Assembly: GCA_020630245.1 (NCBI GenBank)
Contig: JAHDBZ010000001.1
Span: forward strand, 60,402-95,322
Source of the DNA: Candidatus Altimarinota bacterium
GTDB lineage: Bacteria > Patescibacteriota > Gracilibacteria > UBA4473
DNA: 34,921 bases
Direction of reading: 5' to 3'
Below the pieces are notes generated by a model. It did no database searches, was not told the DNA's origin, and saw only the letters and a list, made by a program, of their open reading frames with translations. Position numbers and translations under genes: made by a program. This document shows positions 16,699 to 24,737 of this stretch, piece by piece; position 1 is the stretch's first letter; every line of letters starts with the position of its first letter.

Positions 16699-17406
16699 AT
16701 GAGTGAGATAGAAGATTTATTTTCCCGTATTGACGTTGATTTTGTGGTTTATACTCAAGCAGCAGACCTTTTTAAAGAAGCCTTTACGCATCGTTCAGTG
16801 ACCTATGATGGTGGACAGGAGAATGATAATGAACGTCTGGAATTTCTCGGAGATGCAGTGCTAGAGCTTGTGACAACCGAATGGCTCTTTCGTCATTTTC
16901 CAGATCTGAGTGAAGGAAAGCTCACCAGCTATCGTTCCGCACTCGTAAAACGCGAAAATTTGGCCCAGGTGGCCCGTAAGATTGATTTAGGGTATTGGCT
17001 CAAGCTGTCACGTGGCGAAGACCGATCAGGCGGTCGTAATAAAGACTATCTCCTGGCGAATCTCGTCGAAGCGTTTATCGGCGCTTTATACCTCGCGGCT
17101 GGAAATGAAGTTACCAGAGAATTTATTCACCGCTTTATCATGGTAGAGCTGGATCAGATCCTTCAACAAGGACATCACATCGATGCTAAATCTGAACTAC
17201 AAGAGATCACGCAGGGAGAACTGGGAATCACGCCTCACTATCAAGTCCTCAATGAGAAAGGAAAGGACCACGAGAAAGAATTTGAGATCGGCGTCTACCT
17301 AGGAGATCGACTCATTGGTCAGGGAGGAGGCCGTTCAAAAAAAGAAGCGCAGATGTCGGCGGCACTAAAAGCGATAGAAAACCAAGATGACTGGTTCAAT
17401 GCTTGA
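16699..17406 (+). CDS. rnc: Ribonuclease III
   Basis: RNase III signature ERLEFLGDAVLELV and a C-terminal dsRBD (GKDHEKEFEIGVYLGDRLIGQGGGRSKKEAQMSAA). ATG 16699 (MSEIEDLF) is preferred because the track start 16609 reads through the repeat array. Confidence 0.92.
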   Translation: MSEIEDLFSRIDVDFVVYTQAADLFKEAFTHRSVTYDGGQENDNERLEFLGDAVLELVTTEWLFRHFPDLSEGKLTSYRSALVKRENLAQVARKIDLGYWLKLSRGEDRSGGRNKDYLLANLVEAFIGALYLAAGNEVTREFIHRFIMVELDQILQQGHHIDAKSELQEITQGELGITPHYQVLNEKGKDHEKEFEIGVYLGDRLIGQGGGRSKKEAQMSAALKAIENQDDWFNA

Positions 17407-18487
17407 AAATACTCTAACGGCATTTCGTCACTTTGCCACGGCCGTAGAGGCCGGTGATTCGGGTATCTTCTTTAGCGACTTTTCACCGCGGGAGCAGGCA
17501 GAGTTTTGTTACGGGATTGGGGATTACGAGTTGGTTGATTTTGAGGCGGAGCTATTTCCCAAGTTTTCGATCTTTGATTGGAAAGGGGAGACAGATCATC
17601 ACTATTACTTTCAAGACTGGCGTAGTGACAAGTCAGAAGTGAGAAGTGAGAAGTGTGAATGGCTCGAATTACCTGTTGATTCTGAATTGTTTTCTTTTTC
17701 GGATCGCCCAGGAAAAGCCTGGCAGGAAAAAGTTGCCCAAGTTATCAAATATCAAGAGCGGGGCGACGCTTGGGTGGTAAATCTAGCGCACGATTATGTG
17801 TCAGGACCATTTACAGATATGGCGTCATTTAAACGAGAATTACTCAGGCTGTTTTATCGGTTTCTGCAGCTTCCAAACTCACATTCCGCCGGCATTGTTT
17901 TTACCAGTGAACAAATATTTTGTTCTTTTTCTCCAGAGTTATTTGTCCGCCAGAGTGATGGCCAGATTTTGACTTCGCCGATCAAAGGAACTGGTACCGT
18001 GGAGTATCTTAATACCTCACAAAAAGAACGTTCAGAGCTCGATATGATTACCGATCTTTTGCGTAATGACCTGGGTCAGATCTGTGATACGGTGAGTGTG
18101 CTCAATGAACGTTTTCTGGTGGCGGAAAAAAACTTTTACAGTGCTCGTTCACTGATTCGGGGCCAGTTTGATGGCGCTTTGACGCCAGCAGATTATCAGC
18201 GTTTGTTGCCAGCGGGCTCGATCTCTGGAGCGCCGAAGGCGCGGGTGGTGGAGATTATCGAGTCGTTGGAAGATTTTAGTCGTGAATTTTATACTGGAAC
18301 GATGGGCGTGCAGCTGTCACCGACTGATTCGGTGTGGAATATTTTGATTCGGACGATTTTCGTTGATGCCACCTCTAAGCATTGGAGCTTTCCGGTCGGA
18401 GTCGGCATCACTGCTGAATCTGATCCAGCGGCAGAGTGGCAAGAAACTTGGCAAAAGGCCCAACTCCTGACAGACTTAGCACGATGA
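17387..18487 (+). CDS. Chorismate-binding enzyme, short PabB/TrpE-like (aminodeoxychorismate synthase component I-like)
   Basis: Motifs GDAWVVNLAH, SPELFVR, PIKGT, DLLRNDLG, GSISGAPKARVVEIIESLE and FYTGTMG match the chorismate-utilising enzyme fold. At 366 aa the N-terminal domain is shortened. It overlaps the rnc end by 20 nt and the lspA start by 4 nt (ATGA). Confidence 0.7.
   Translation: MTGSMLENTLTAFRHFATAVEAGDSGIFFSDFSPREQAEFCYGIGDYELVDFEAELFPKFSIFDWKGETDHHYYFQDWRSDKSEVRSEKCEWLELPVDSELFSFSDRPGKAWQEKVAQVIKYQERGDAWVVNLAHDYVSGPFTDMASFKRELLRLFYRFLQLPNSHSAGIVFTSEQIFCSFSPELFVRQSDGQILTSPIKGTGTVEYLNTSQKERSELDMITDLLRNDLGQICDTVSVLNERFLVAEKNFYSARSLIRGQFDGALTPADYQRLLPAGSISGAPKARVVEIIESLEDFSREFYTGTMGVQLSPTDSVWNILIRTIFVDATSKHWSFPVGVGITAESDPAAEWQETWQKAQLLTDLAR
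17632..17659 (+). repeat. Heptamer array GTCAGAA GTGAGAA GTGAGAA GTGTGAA inside the PabB-like CDS
   Basis: Read directly. It belongs to the same GTNNGAA family as 8798-8830 and is translated as KSEVRSEKCE in a linker region. Confidence 0.85.
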
Positions 18488-18900
18488 AAATTTTAATGTT
18501 TGTCTTGGCTTTGGTTGGAGCTGATCAGGTTAGTAAATGGTGGTTTCAGAGCGAGTTTGAAGGGCCTTGGGAACTTTGGTCGGGTGTTGGCTTTAAGGTT
18601 TCTGAGAATGCTGGGATTGCCTTTTCGCTCCCCGTACCGACTTGGGTTACGATCCCACTGACACTGCTGGTGGCACTTTATCTCGGATATCTCATCTGGA
18701 AGACGCCACAACGAGCACTGACACGATTTGCGCTGGCCCTCGTCTTGGCGGGAGCTCTGGGGAATCTGATCGATCGAGTGTTTCTGGGAGCGGTGACCGA
18801 TTTTATAAGCGTTTACAATTTTCCAGTCTTTAACCTCGCGGATAGCTTTATCAGCGTTGGTGTGGTGTGCTATGTGTGGCAAGAGGTGTTTGCGGGTTAG
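18484..18900 (+). CDS. lspA: Lipoprotein signal peptidase (signal peptidase II)
   Basis: Contains GNLIDR and FNLADSFISVG motifs and four TM helices. ATG 18484 (MKILMFVLAL) overlaps the upstream stop. Confidence 0.88.
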   Translation: MKILMFVLALVGADQVSKWWFQSEFEGPWELWSGVGFKVSENAGIAFSLPVPTWVTIPLTLLVALYLGYLIWKTPQRALTRFALALVLAGALGNLIDRVFLGAVTDFISVYNFPVFNLADSFISVGVVCYVWQEVFAG

Positions 18901-18942
18901 GGCAGTGAATAGTGAGCAGAGAGCAGTGAGCAGAAATCAGAA
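18901..18942 (+). repeat. Heptamer array GGCAGTG AATAGTG AGCAGAG AGCAGTG AGCAGAA ATCAGAA after the lspA stop
   Basis: Read directly. It starts at the base after the TAG at 18898-18900. Confidence 0.8.
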
Positions 18943-18984
18943 TTTAAATATAGATCTTTTCCCCCTTGAAAGGGAGGCTTTAAT

Positions 18985-19010
18985 AAAAAACTCCGCGCTG
19001 CGGAGTTTTT
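18985..19010. terminator. Bidirectional intrinsic terminator between lspA and rpsT
   Basis: AAAAAA CTCCGC gct GCGGAG TTTTT. Confidence 0.8.
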
Positions 19011-19038
19011 CATATAAATTTTGAGGGAGTTGTTTCCT

Positions 19039-19347
19039 TTATTCAGATTTTTTGGCTGGAGCTTTCTTAGCCGCTGGTTTTTTCGCTGGAGCACCTCCGA
19101 CCATCTTGGCAAGACTCGATTTTTTTCGAGCCGCGGTATTTTTGTGCATGAGGTTTTTCTTTACTGCCATATCGATGGCTTTCTGTGTGGCTGGAAGCAA
19201 TTTAACTGCTTCGGCCATTTTTTTTGCTTCTACGAGCTCCGTCATTTCTTTGATAAGAGATTTATAACGGTTTTTAGTGACCGTATTTCGTTGAGTGCGA
19301 CGAGCTTCTTGTCGTACGCGTTTGATAGCTGATTTGATAATTGGCAT
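19039..19347 (-). CDS. rpsT: 30S ribosomal protein S20 with a Lys/Ala/Pro-rich C-terminal extension
   Basis: MPIIKSAIKRVRQEARRTQRN is canonical S20. The tail is GGAPAKKPAAKKAPAKKSE. Confidence 0.9.
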   Translation of the reverse strand: MPIIKSAIKRVRQEARRTQRNTVTKNRYKSLIKEMTELVEAKKMAEAVKLLPATQKAIDMAVKKNLMHKNTAARKKSSLAKMVGGAPAKKPAAKKAPAKKSE

Positions 19348-19372
19348 TGCAAATGTGCGTTATAGCTGGAGG

Positions 19373-19400
19373 AATATAGGTAAAGGTGGGGGAGCGTCAA
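19373..19400 (-). promoter_or_regulatory. Promoter of rpsT (TTGACG-16-TATATT on the minus strand)
   Basis: On the minus strand, TTGACG lies at 19400-19395 and TATATT at 19378-19373. The architecture is identical to the rpmE promoter. Confidence 0.6.
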
Positions 19401-19412
19401 GGGGAAAAATAG

Positions 19413-19452
19413 TCAACTGATCAGCTGACCAACCGATCAACAGAACAACAGA
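19413..19452 (+). repeat. Octamer array TCAACTGA TCAGCTGA CCAACCGA TCAACAGA ACAACAGA
   Basis: Read directly between the rpsT promoter and the ssrA promoter. Confidence 0.8.
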
Positions 19453-19502
19453 AAGGGAAAGCCGGACATCTGTGAATCAACAGGATTTAGATCTGTCACA
19501 GA

Positions 19503-19531
19503 TTGACGAATCAGGCGTTCTATGATACGCT
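19503..19531 (+). promoter_or_regulatory. Candidate ssrA promoter (TTGACG-17-TACGCT)
   Basis: TTGACG at 19503-19508 and TACGCT at 19526-19531, with the mature 5' G at 19541. The 13-nt palindrome ATCTGTCACAGAT (19491-19503) abuts the -35. Confidence 0.4.
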
Positions 19532-19540
19532 AGTCATCCA

Positions 19541-19980
19541 GGGGGTGATATGGCCTCGACGGAGTTCTTTGAAAGATCATAACTGGCGTTTCCGGGTTCG
19601 CATGGTGTACCGGTTATCCACTTCCATGTTACTTTTAAGTGCAAACTTTAAAGAATTCGCTCAAAAACGAATCCAAGGTGCTACTCGCTCTCTAGCTAAC
19701 GCTTTTGCAGCTCCAGTACCAGTAATGGCTTAGTTCCGAGCTTCATTAAATCCTAGTTGAGCTTAGGCTCCTAGGTGTCAGTGCACTCTACCGCGGTGTG
19801 CATTGTCTGTTTATGCGGAGTAGTCTAATCACCTCGTCTCAGTGATCGGATGAAGCTTTTGAGACAACTTCCCATTGTATTTGTTGGTTTTGTTGATGGG
19901 TCGTAACTAAATCAACTACAAACGTAGAAGGTTATCGTCTTTGACTTCGGACGCGGGTTCAATTCCCGCCACCTCCACCA
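19541..19980 (+). ncRNA. ssrA: tmRNA (SsrA), about 440 nt
   Basis: The 5' GGGGGTGATATGGCCTCGACGG pairs with the 3' CACCTCCACCA to give a 7-bp acceptor stem with a G3-U wobble. The T-arm is GCGGG-TTCAATT-CCCGC, CCA is encoded, and TTTTTT follows. The tag frame GCA AAC ... GTA ATG GCT TAG ends at 19733. Confidence 0.92.
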
Positions 19981-19984
19981 TTTT

Positions 19985-20305
19985 TTACAAATAATCCTGC
20001 AGGGCATCCACAGCGGCTTGATAAGCTGTGGTGATGCGTTCGCTTTCGCGCTTCAGGTAGTCAGTTAGCGTTTCACTGCCGGCAAAGGCGTAGGTGTCTT
20101 GGTCGGGGGTGTCGATTTTTTGGACTAAGCCGCGATCGACTAAGCTGCCCAGCATAACTTTGGTCAGGTTGTAGGTGATATTGAGTTCTCGACTGAGGCG
20201 TTTCGCGCTGGTTTTTTTGAGGCGAGCCAGGGCGAGGAGGCAGTCGGTTTCGTATTCGGCGAAGCCGAGTGTGGTGAGGGCAGAGTGGATAGAAAGGTTG
20301 GACAT
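19985..20305 (-). CDS. Small TrmB-type winged-helix transcriptional regulator
   Basis: 106 aa. LTTLGFAEYETDCLLALARLKKTSAKRLSRELNITYNLTKVMLGSLVDRGLVQKI matches the TrmB N-terminal HTH pattern, and it is paralogous to the N-terminus of 21265-22032. Confidence 0.65.
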   Translation of the reverse strand: MSNLSIHSALTTLGFAEYETDCLLALARLKKTSAKRLSRELNITYNLTKVMLGSLVDRGLVQKIDTPDQDTYAFAGSETLTDYLKRESERITTAYQAAVDALQDYL

Positions 20306-20370
20306 CTATTTTTTTTCTTTTTTTTATTTAATAATAAATTTGACTTTTTTGCAAATTTAAACAAGTTTTG

Positions 20371-21264
20371 ATGATGATGACAGGCCTTACTCCCCACACG
20401 CCTACTAAGATCGAAGGTTATGAACCCGCAGATGTTAATTTAACGCTGGGACATGAAATGGCTGATATTAGAGTTGGCTCTGCATCGGATAATATTCGAA
20501 GAATTTTGTTTTCACGTATCCAGCCAGATGGAGGAGATTTAGAAAAGATCACTAAACTCCAAGCCAATAACACTCGTGAGAAAGTTTTAGCTGCTGATAA
20601 TACGCTGGCAGGAGGTTTTTTGTCTCTGCAATCGTCGGTTGATTTTATGTCTGAACATTTAGACTTTGAACGCAGTACGGTTATCAATGAAGCGGTAGAT
20701 TCACCTCAAGGTTATGTAAAGGGGCGTGTTCTTGGTTATCTGATCGGTATGCCACTTAATAGAGCAACGATAGATAATCATTATTATACGAAATCCTATG
20801 CGAAAAAATGCTTAGCTCACGTTAATAGTCGTATTGTTAGCACTCGTTTCAAAATGAGCGAGGTACTCGTCGGACAAATATTTTTAGAACCAGAACTACG
20901 TGGTATGCGTGTGCATGGCGTGAAAAAGAATGAAGGAGGAGAAGAGCACCAGGTCTACGGAGAACTAGTACAAGAAAGAACCGATGGCGCTCATCGTCTA
21001 GCTTCCAAGCTTTATCGATCGGCTCATATACCTCAACAACAAAACAGAAAACTCTGGATGGCGCGAGTAAAAGGTGAAAATGTTCGTTCAATAAACTTTC
21101 ATTCTAAAGCTTTTCGACTACAAGGGGTTGTTCCTTATAGCAAAGCTGAGTGGGGTAAAATATACGGACAAACGCAACCCTATCCAGGAAAGGGGCATCA
21201 AGAAGGAGATTTCATTTTTACAAGAGATCTCACCAGAGAGTTTCCGAACGAAGATCAAAAGTAA
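20371..21264 (+). CDS. Hypothetical soluble protein, no recognisable family
   Basis: Long ORF (297 aa from ATG 20371; track start is TTG 20368) with no TM helices or signal peptide. It looks AT-richer by eye than its neighbours and is flanked by two TrmB-type regulator genes. Confidence 0.6.
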   Translation: MMMTGLTPHTPTKIEGYEPADVNLTLGHEMADIRVGSASDNIRRILFSRIQPDGGDLEKITKLQANNTREKVLAADNTLAGGFLSLQSSVDFMSEHLDFERSTVINEAVDSPQGYVKGRVLGYLIGMPLNRATIDNHYYTKSYAKKCLAHVNSRIVSTRFKMSEVLVGQIFLEPELRGMRVHGVKKNEGGEEHQVYGELVQERTDGAHRLASKLYRSAHIPQQQNRKLWMARVKGENVRSINFHSKAFRLQGVVPYSKAEWGKIYGQTQPYPGKGHQEGDFIFTRDLTREFPNEDQK

Positions 21265-22032
21265 TTATAGATTCTTCCACAATTGATCGAAGAATTGCTT
21301 CATCAGTTTCGCAATTGGTCCACCGGAGAAGACAAAGCCGACCGGTTTATCTCCATCAAGCGTTACCAGAGCTGATTTTTTGCCATACACCTTGATCTCT
21401 CCGTCGAGTTTTAGGTCTGAGATGACTTTGATCTCACGGAGCTCATTGGCCGCCATGCTTTCTTGTTTTGAAAATAGGTCATTGGTGCGTTTAGAACGAA
21501 TGGTGTAGAGTTTCATATTCTTCTCTTTGCGGGTTTGAATGAAATTCTCGATGTACTCCTCACTTAGGGCACCGATTAGCTTCTCCAGGTCCGTACACGT
21601 GTAAATGTCTTCACCAGTAGCCAGCATGTCATCATATATCTCTCGAATTCCATCTCGCCCCTCATAAAAAAGAACTTCCGGTTGCCAACTGTCGCCCTTG
21701 GCACTGTCAAAGAGCTGTGACATGTCTTTGCCGGCTTGAGCGTAGATGTCTTGGTGCTTGGATTGTTCTTCATTAAGCCAGCGGTCGAAGGCTTCTTGCC
21801 CGGCAAAGGTGTAGTGATCTTGGCCGTTTTGTTCCACGGTGACGAGACCTCGGCGTTCGAGGTTTGCCAAGGCTGATTGAGCCATCGTGAAGGGAATCGT
21901 CCCCTCACGGCTGAGTTGTTTGGCCGTGGCTTGTTTGACGCGTACCAGATATACCAACGCTTTGACTTCGTGGCGGGTGAAGCCGAGATTGCGAAGAGAT
22001 TGTTCTACCTGGAGAGAAAAGGCCGCGTTCAT
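21265..22032 (-). CDS. TrmB family transcriptional regulator (wHTH plus C-terminal effector-like domain)
   Basis: 255 aa. LRNLGFTRHEVKALVYLVRVKQATAKQLSREGTIPFTMAQSALANLERRGLV matches the TrmB HTH. It starts 9 nt downstream of the HD-hydrolase gene on the same strand. Confidence 0.7.
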   Translation of the reverse strand: MNAAFSLQVEQSLRNLGFTRHEVKALVYLVRVKQATAKQLSREGTIPFTMAQSALANLERRGLVTVEQNGQDHYTFAGQEAFDRWLNEEQSKHQDIYAQAGKDMSQLFDSAKGDSWQPEVLFYEGRDGIREIYDDMLATGEDIYTCTDLEKLIGALSEEYIENFIQTRKEKNMKLYTIRSKRTNDLFSKQESMAANELREIKVISDLKLDGEIKVYGKKSALVTLDGDKPVGFVFSGGPIAKLMKQFFDQLWKNL

Positions 22033-22041
22033 GCGTTAAAG

Positions 22042-22641
22042 TTAGATTTTTTGACTAGCGATATCTTCGAAGCGATCCATCAAGAAATGATACATCGGGT
22101 GATATCGGAAAGAGAGCCGGTGAAAGTAGTCAGAGAGTACCGGGAGGTAATCTTGCTGCAGTTCCCTTAACCATTTAGCCTTTTTTTCAGGTTTTAGCAA
22201 CTCAATCGACTCTAGATTGTGCAGGAGATCGGCCCATTTGATGAAGAAAACACTGACGTCCATCATGAAAGCGGCTTCTAGCTGCGAGATGAAAGCTCGG
22301 TGCCGAATAAGGCTATCGGTAATGGCCTGATTTTTACTGACGGCATCGACCATGAAAAATACGTGCGGTCCAAACTGATCTTCGATCTGTTGGCTGACTT
22401 CGGCCGGATGTTTGGCATCTTCGATGCAATCATGTAGGAGCGCCGCACAGATCATGTCCTCGTCAGCACCTGCTTGAGTGAGGAGCAAGGCGACGGCTAC
22501 TGGATGATGAATGTAAGCTTCACCAGAGAGCCGAGTTTGGTCTTGGTGGACCTCAGCTGCGAGTTGGTACGCGGCTTCGATCTTTTCCATGTCGAGGTGT
22601 GCATGTCGATTTACTTCGTCGGTGAGTGGGGTGATCGACAT
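22042..22641 (-). CDS. Stand-alone RelA/SpoT-type HD domain protein (small alarmone hydrolase-like)
   Basis: 199 aa. SGEAYIHHPVAVALLL...AALLHDCIEDA matches the HD(p)ppGpp-hydrolase motifs, and there is no synthetase domain. Its ATG overlaps the rel stop (TAATG). Confidence 0.7.
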   Translation of the reverse strand: MSITPLTDEVNRHAHLDMEKIEAAYQLAAEVHQDQTRLSGEAYIHHPVAVALLLTQAGADEDMICAALLHDCIEDAKHPAEVSQQIEDQFGPHVFFMVDAVSKNQAITDSLIRHRAFISQLEAAFMMDVSVFFIKWADLLHNLESIELLKPEKKAKWLRELQQDYLPVLSDYFHRLSFRYHPMYHFLMDRFEDIASQKI

Positions 22642-24659
22642 TATTTAACGAGATTTACATTTGGGATGGACTGCAGGGCTTTGACGGCTTTTTGGTAGTC
22701 ATCGAGAGAAGGACTTTCAACGGTGATGCGCCACTGGATCTCATTGCCGGCTGGACCGTCGGTGCGCAGTTTAGAGGCGATGATGTTTTGGTCATTGTGC
22801 TCCAGGGCGTCGAATATTTGTCGCATCATCCCCGTACGATCCGTGCCTTCGATTATAATCACCTTGGTGTGGATGAAGTTAGCTTCGAGTATTCGTTCTG
22901 GATCGAGACGATTGAGCGTCTTACAGTCTTGGCGGTGGACACTGAACTGATTGCCACGAGGTACATAAGCGACAATTATATCTTTGACCTTTGGCTTGCA
23001 GCACGAAGCCAGGTGAAAGTTGCCGGTTTTTTCCCCACCAATAAAGATCTCGGTCTTCTTTTTGGCTTTCTTGATCGGGGCTTTCTCACTGACGGTTTTA
23101 ATCTTCTTTTCTAGTGTTTTTTCACTGTGTAGGTTGGCTTCTTTGGGCACGGTTTTGATCTGATGTTTGTTTAGATAGCCACGGATGTGTCCTCGAGCAG
23201 ATGGAGATTTGGCGAAATTAAGCCATAGCGGATTAGGTCCGCGACCTTGTCGGGTGACGATCTCAACGACATCACCGTTTTTGAGTTCGTGACTGAGTGG
23301 CTTGATGGCACCATTGATCTTACCGGCGATACAGGTGTGGCCGAGATCAGAGTGGATCGCGTAGGCAAAATCAATGATGGTAGCCCCTTTAACCAAATTT
23401 TTAATGTCTCCCTTGGGGGTAAAGACGTGAATACGATCTTGTGACAAGGAGGCAGATATCCGGTTGAAAAACTGATTGGTCTTTTTGGTTTCTTGATCTT
23501 GGGCCTCGATGGTAGCTGGTAGCCAACTCATTTTTTCGAGGTACCCATCATCAAAGTTTGACGAGCGAGTTTGTTTGTAGGCCCAGTGAGCTGCCGGACC
23601 AAATTCGGCATCGAGGTGCATTTTTTCGGTACGGATCTGGATTTCAGTCGGACTGGTGCTTTTGGCGATTCCGAGGACGGTGGTATGCAGGCTTTGATAT
23701 CCATTGGGTTTAGGGACCGCAATGTAGTCTTTAAAACGGGCGGCGATCGGTTTCCAGGTTCCATGAATAGCCCCTAGACAACGATAACAGTCGCCGGTCT
23801 CCTGTAGAATGATGCGAATACCAACGAGATCGAATATCTCAGAGACATGGGAAAAATTTTTCCGCTTTAATTTTTCATAGATGGAATATAGATTTTTATA
23901 ACGACCCGAAATCTGACGATAGGGGATATTTTCTTTTTTGAGGACTTTAGCGATTTGGACTTTGGCCTCTTTGAGGAATTTTTCCTGCACGGCAAAAGAC
24001 TGCTCGGTTTGCTTGGCAATATCTTCGTAGATTTCTGGGTTAAGGTTTTTAAAACACAAATCTTCGATCTGGTGTTTAAACTCGTAGAGTCCGAGCTTTT
24101 CGGCGACCGAAGCGTAGATATTTATTGACTCATTGGCGATCCGTTTGCGCTTTTCTGGGCGAACGTGTTCAAGCGTTTGCAGATTGTGAATTCGATCCGC
24201 TAATTTGATGAAGATTACGCGGATGTCTTGGGCCATGGCCACGAATAATTTTCTCAGGCTTTCGTGTTCGCGCTCTTGACCACGCAGGCGAACTTTGGCG
24301 ACTTTCTCCACGCCCTCACACAAAAATCGTATGTCTTCACCAAATCGATCTTCCATCTCTTGTGCCGTTATGTCTGTATCTTCGATCACATCGTGCATAA
24401 GGCATGAACAAACGGTGTCGATATCGGGTTTGATCTGGAGAAGGATCTTGGTAGCGGCGATTGGATGTGTGAAATACGGTTCTCCAGAGAACCGGGTTTG
24501 GCCGTCATGAGCCACTGCAGCAAACCAAAAAGCGTTGCCGATTTTATTTCGACGACGCTGATTGAAATCTGGGTAGTATTCAGCGACCGCGTCCTGAATA
24601 AATTTCAGATCACTGGCAAATATTTTTTTGAGTTCGTCAGGTGGGGTGATGGTTTTCAT
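22641..24659 (-). CDS. rel: Long RSH: bifunctional (p)ppGpp synthetase/hydrolase (Rel/SpoT)
   Basis: 672 aa with HD (FTHPIAAT...LMHDVIEDT), synthetase (GRYKNLYSIYEKLKRK, DLVGIRIIL, GYQSLHTTV, EIQIRT, AAHWAYK), TGS (IHVFTPKGDIKNL...GDVVEIVT) and a C-terminal ACT-like domain. Confidence 0.93.
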   Translation of the reverse strand: MKTITPPDELKKIFASDLKFIQDAVAEYYPDFNQRRRNKIGNAFWFAAVAHDGQTRFSGEPYFTHPIAATKILLQIKPDIDTVCSCLMHDVIEDTDITAQEMEDRFGEDIRFLCEGVEKVAKVRLRGQEREHESLRKLFVAMAQDIRVIFIKLADRIHNLQTLEHVRPEKRKRIANESINIYASVAEKLGLYEFKHQIEDLCFKNLNPEIYEDIAKQTEQSFAVQEKFLKEAKVQIAKVLKKENIPYRQISGRYKNLYSIYEKLKRKNFSHVSEIFDLVGIRIILQETGDCYRCLGAIHGTWKPIAARFKDYIAVPKPNGYQSLHTTVLGIAKSTSPTEIQIRTEKMHLDAEFGPAAHWAYKQTRSSNFDDGYLEKMSWLPATIEAQDQETKKTNQFFNRISASLSQDRIHVFTPKGDIKNLVKGATIIDFAYAIHSDLGHTCIAGKINGAIKPLSHELKNGDVVEIVTRQGRGPNPLWLNFAKSPSARGHIRGYLNKHQIKTVPKEANLHSEKTLEKKIKTVSEKAPIKKAKKKTEIFIGGEKTGNFHLASCCKPKVKDIIVAYVPRGNQFSVHRQDCKTLNRLDPERILEANFIHTKVIIIEGTDRTGMMRQIFDALEHNDQNIIASKLRTDGPAGNEIQWRITVESPSLDDYQKAVKALQSIPNVNLVK

Positions 24660-24737
24660 CAGACTCTACTCGATTATGTGTGTAAGCGCCCTGTTTTGTC
24701 CAGCGTTTTAGTTCACATTTAGTACACAATTATTACC

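Noticed and set aside
19503-19733. 76-aa track ORF
   Set aside because: It lies inside the tmRNA gene. Only its last ~24-30 codons are the tag reading frame, so it is not a protein-coding gene.
19981-22041. Integrative genomic island at the tmRNA 3' end
   Set aside because: There is no integrase gene, and I could find no direct repeat of the ssrA 3' end (TTCAATTCCCGCCACCTCCACCA) further along. The region is flagged only as a compositionally odd module, not as a mobile element.
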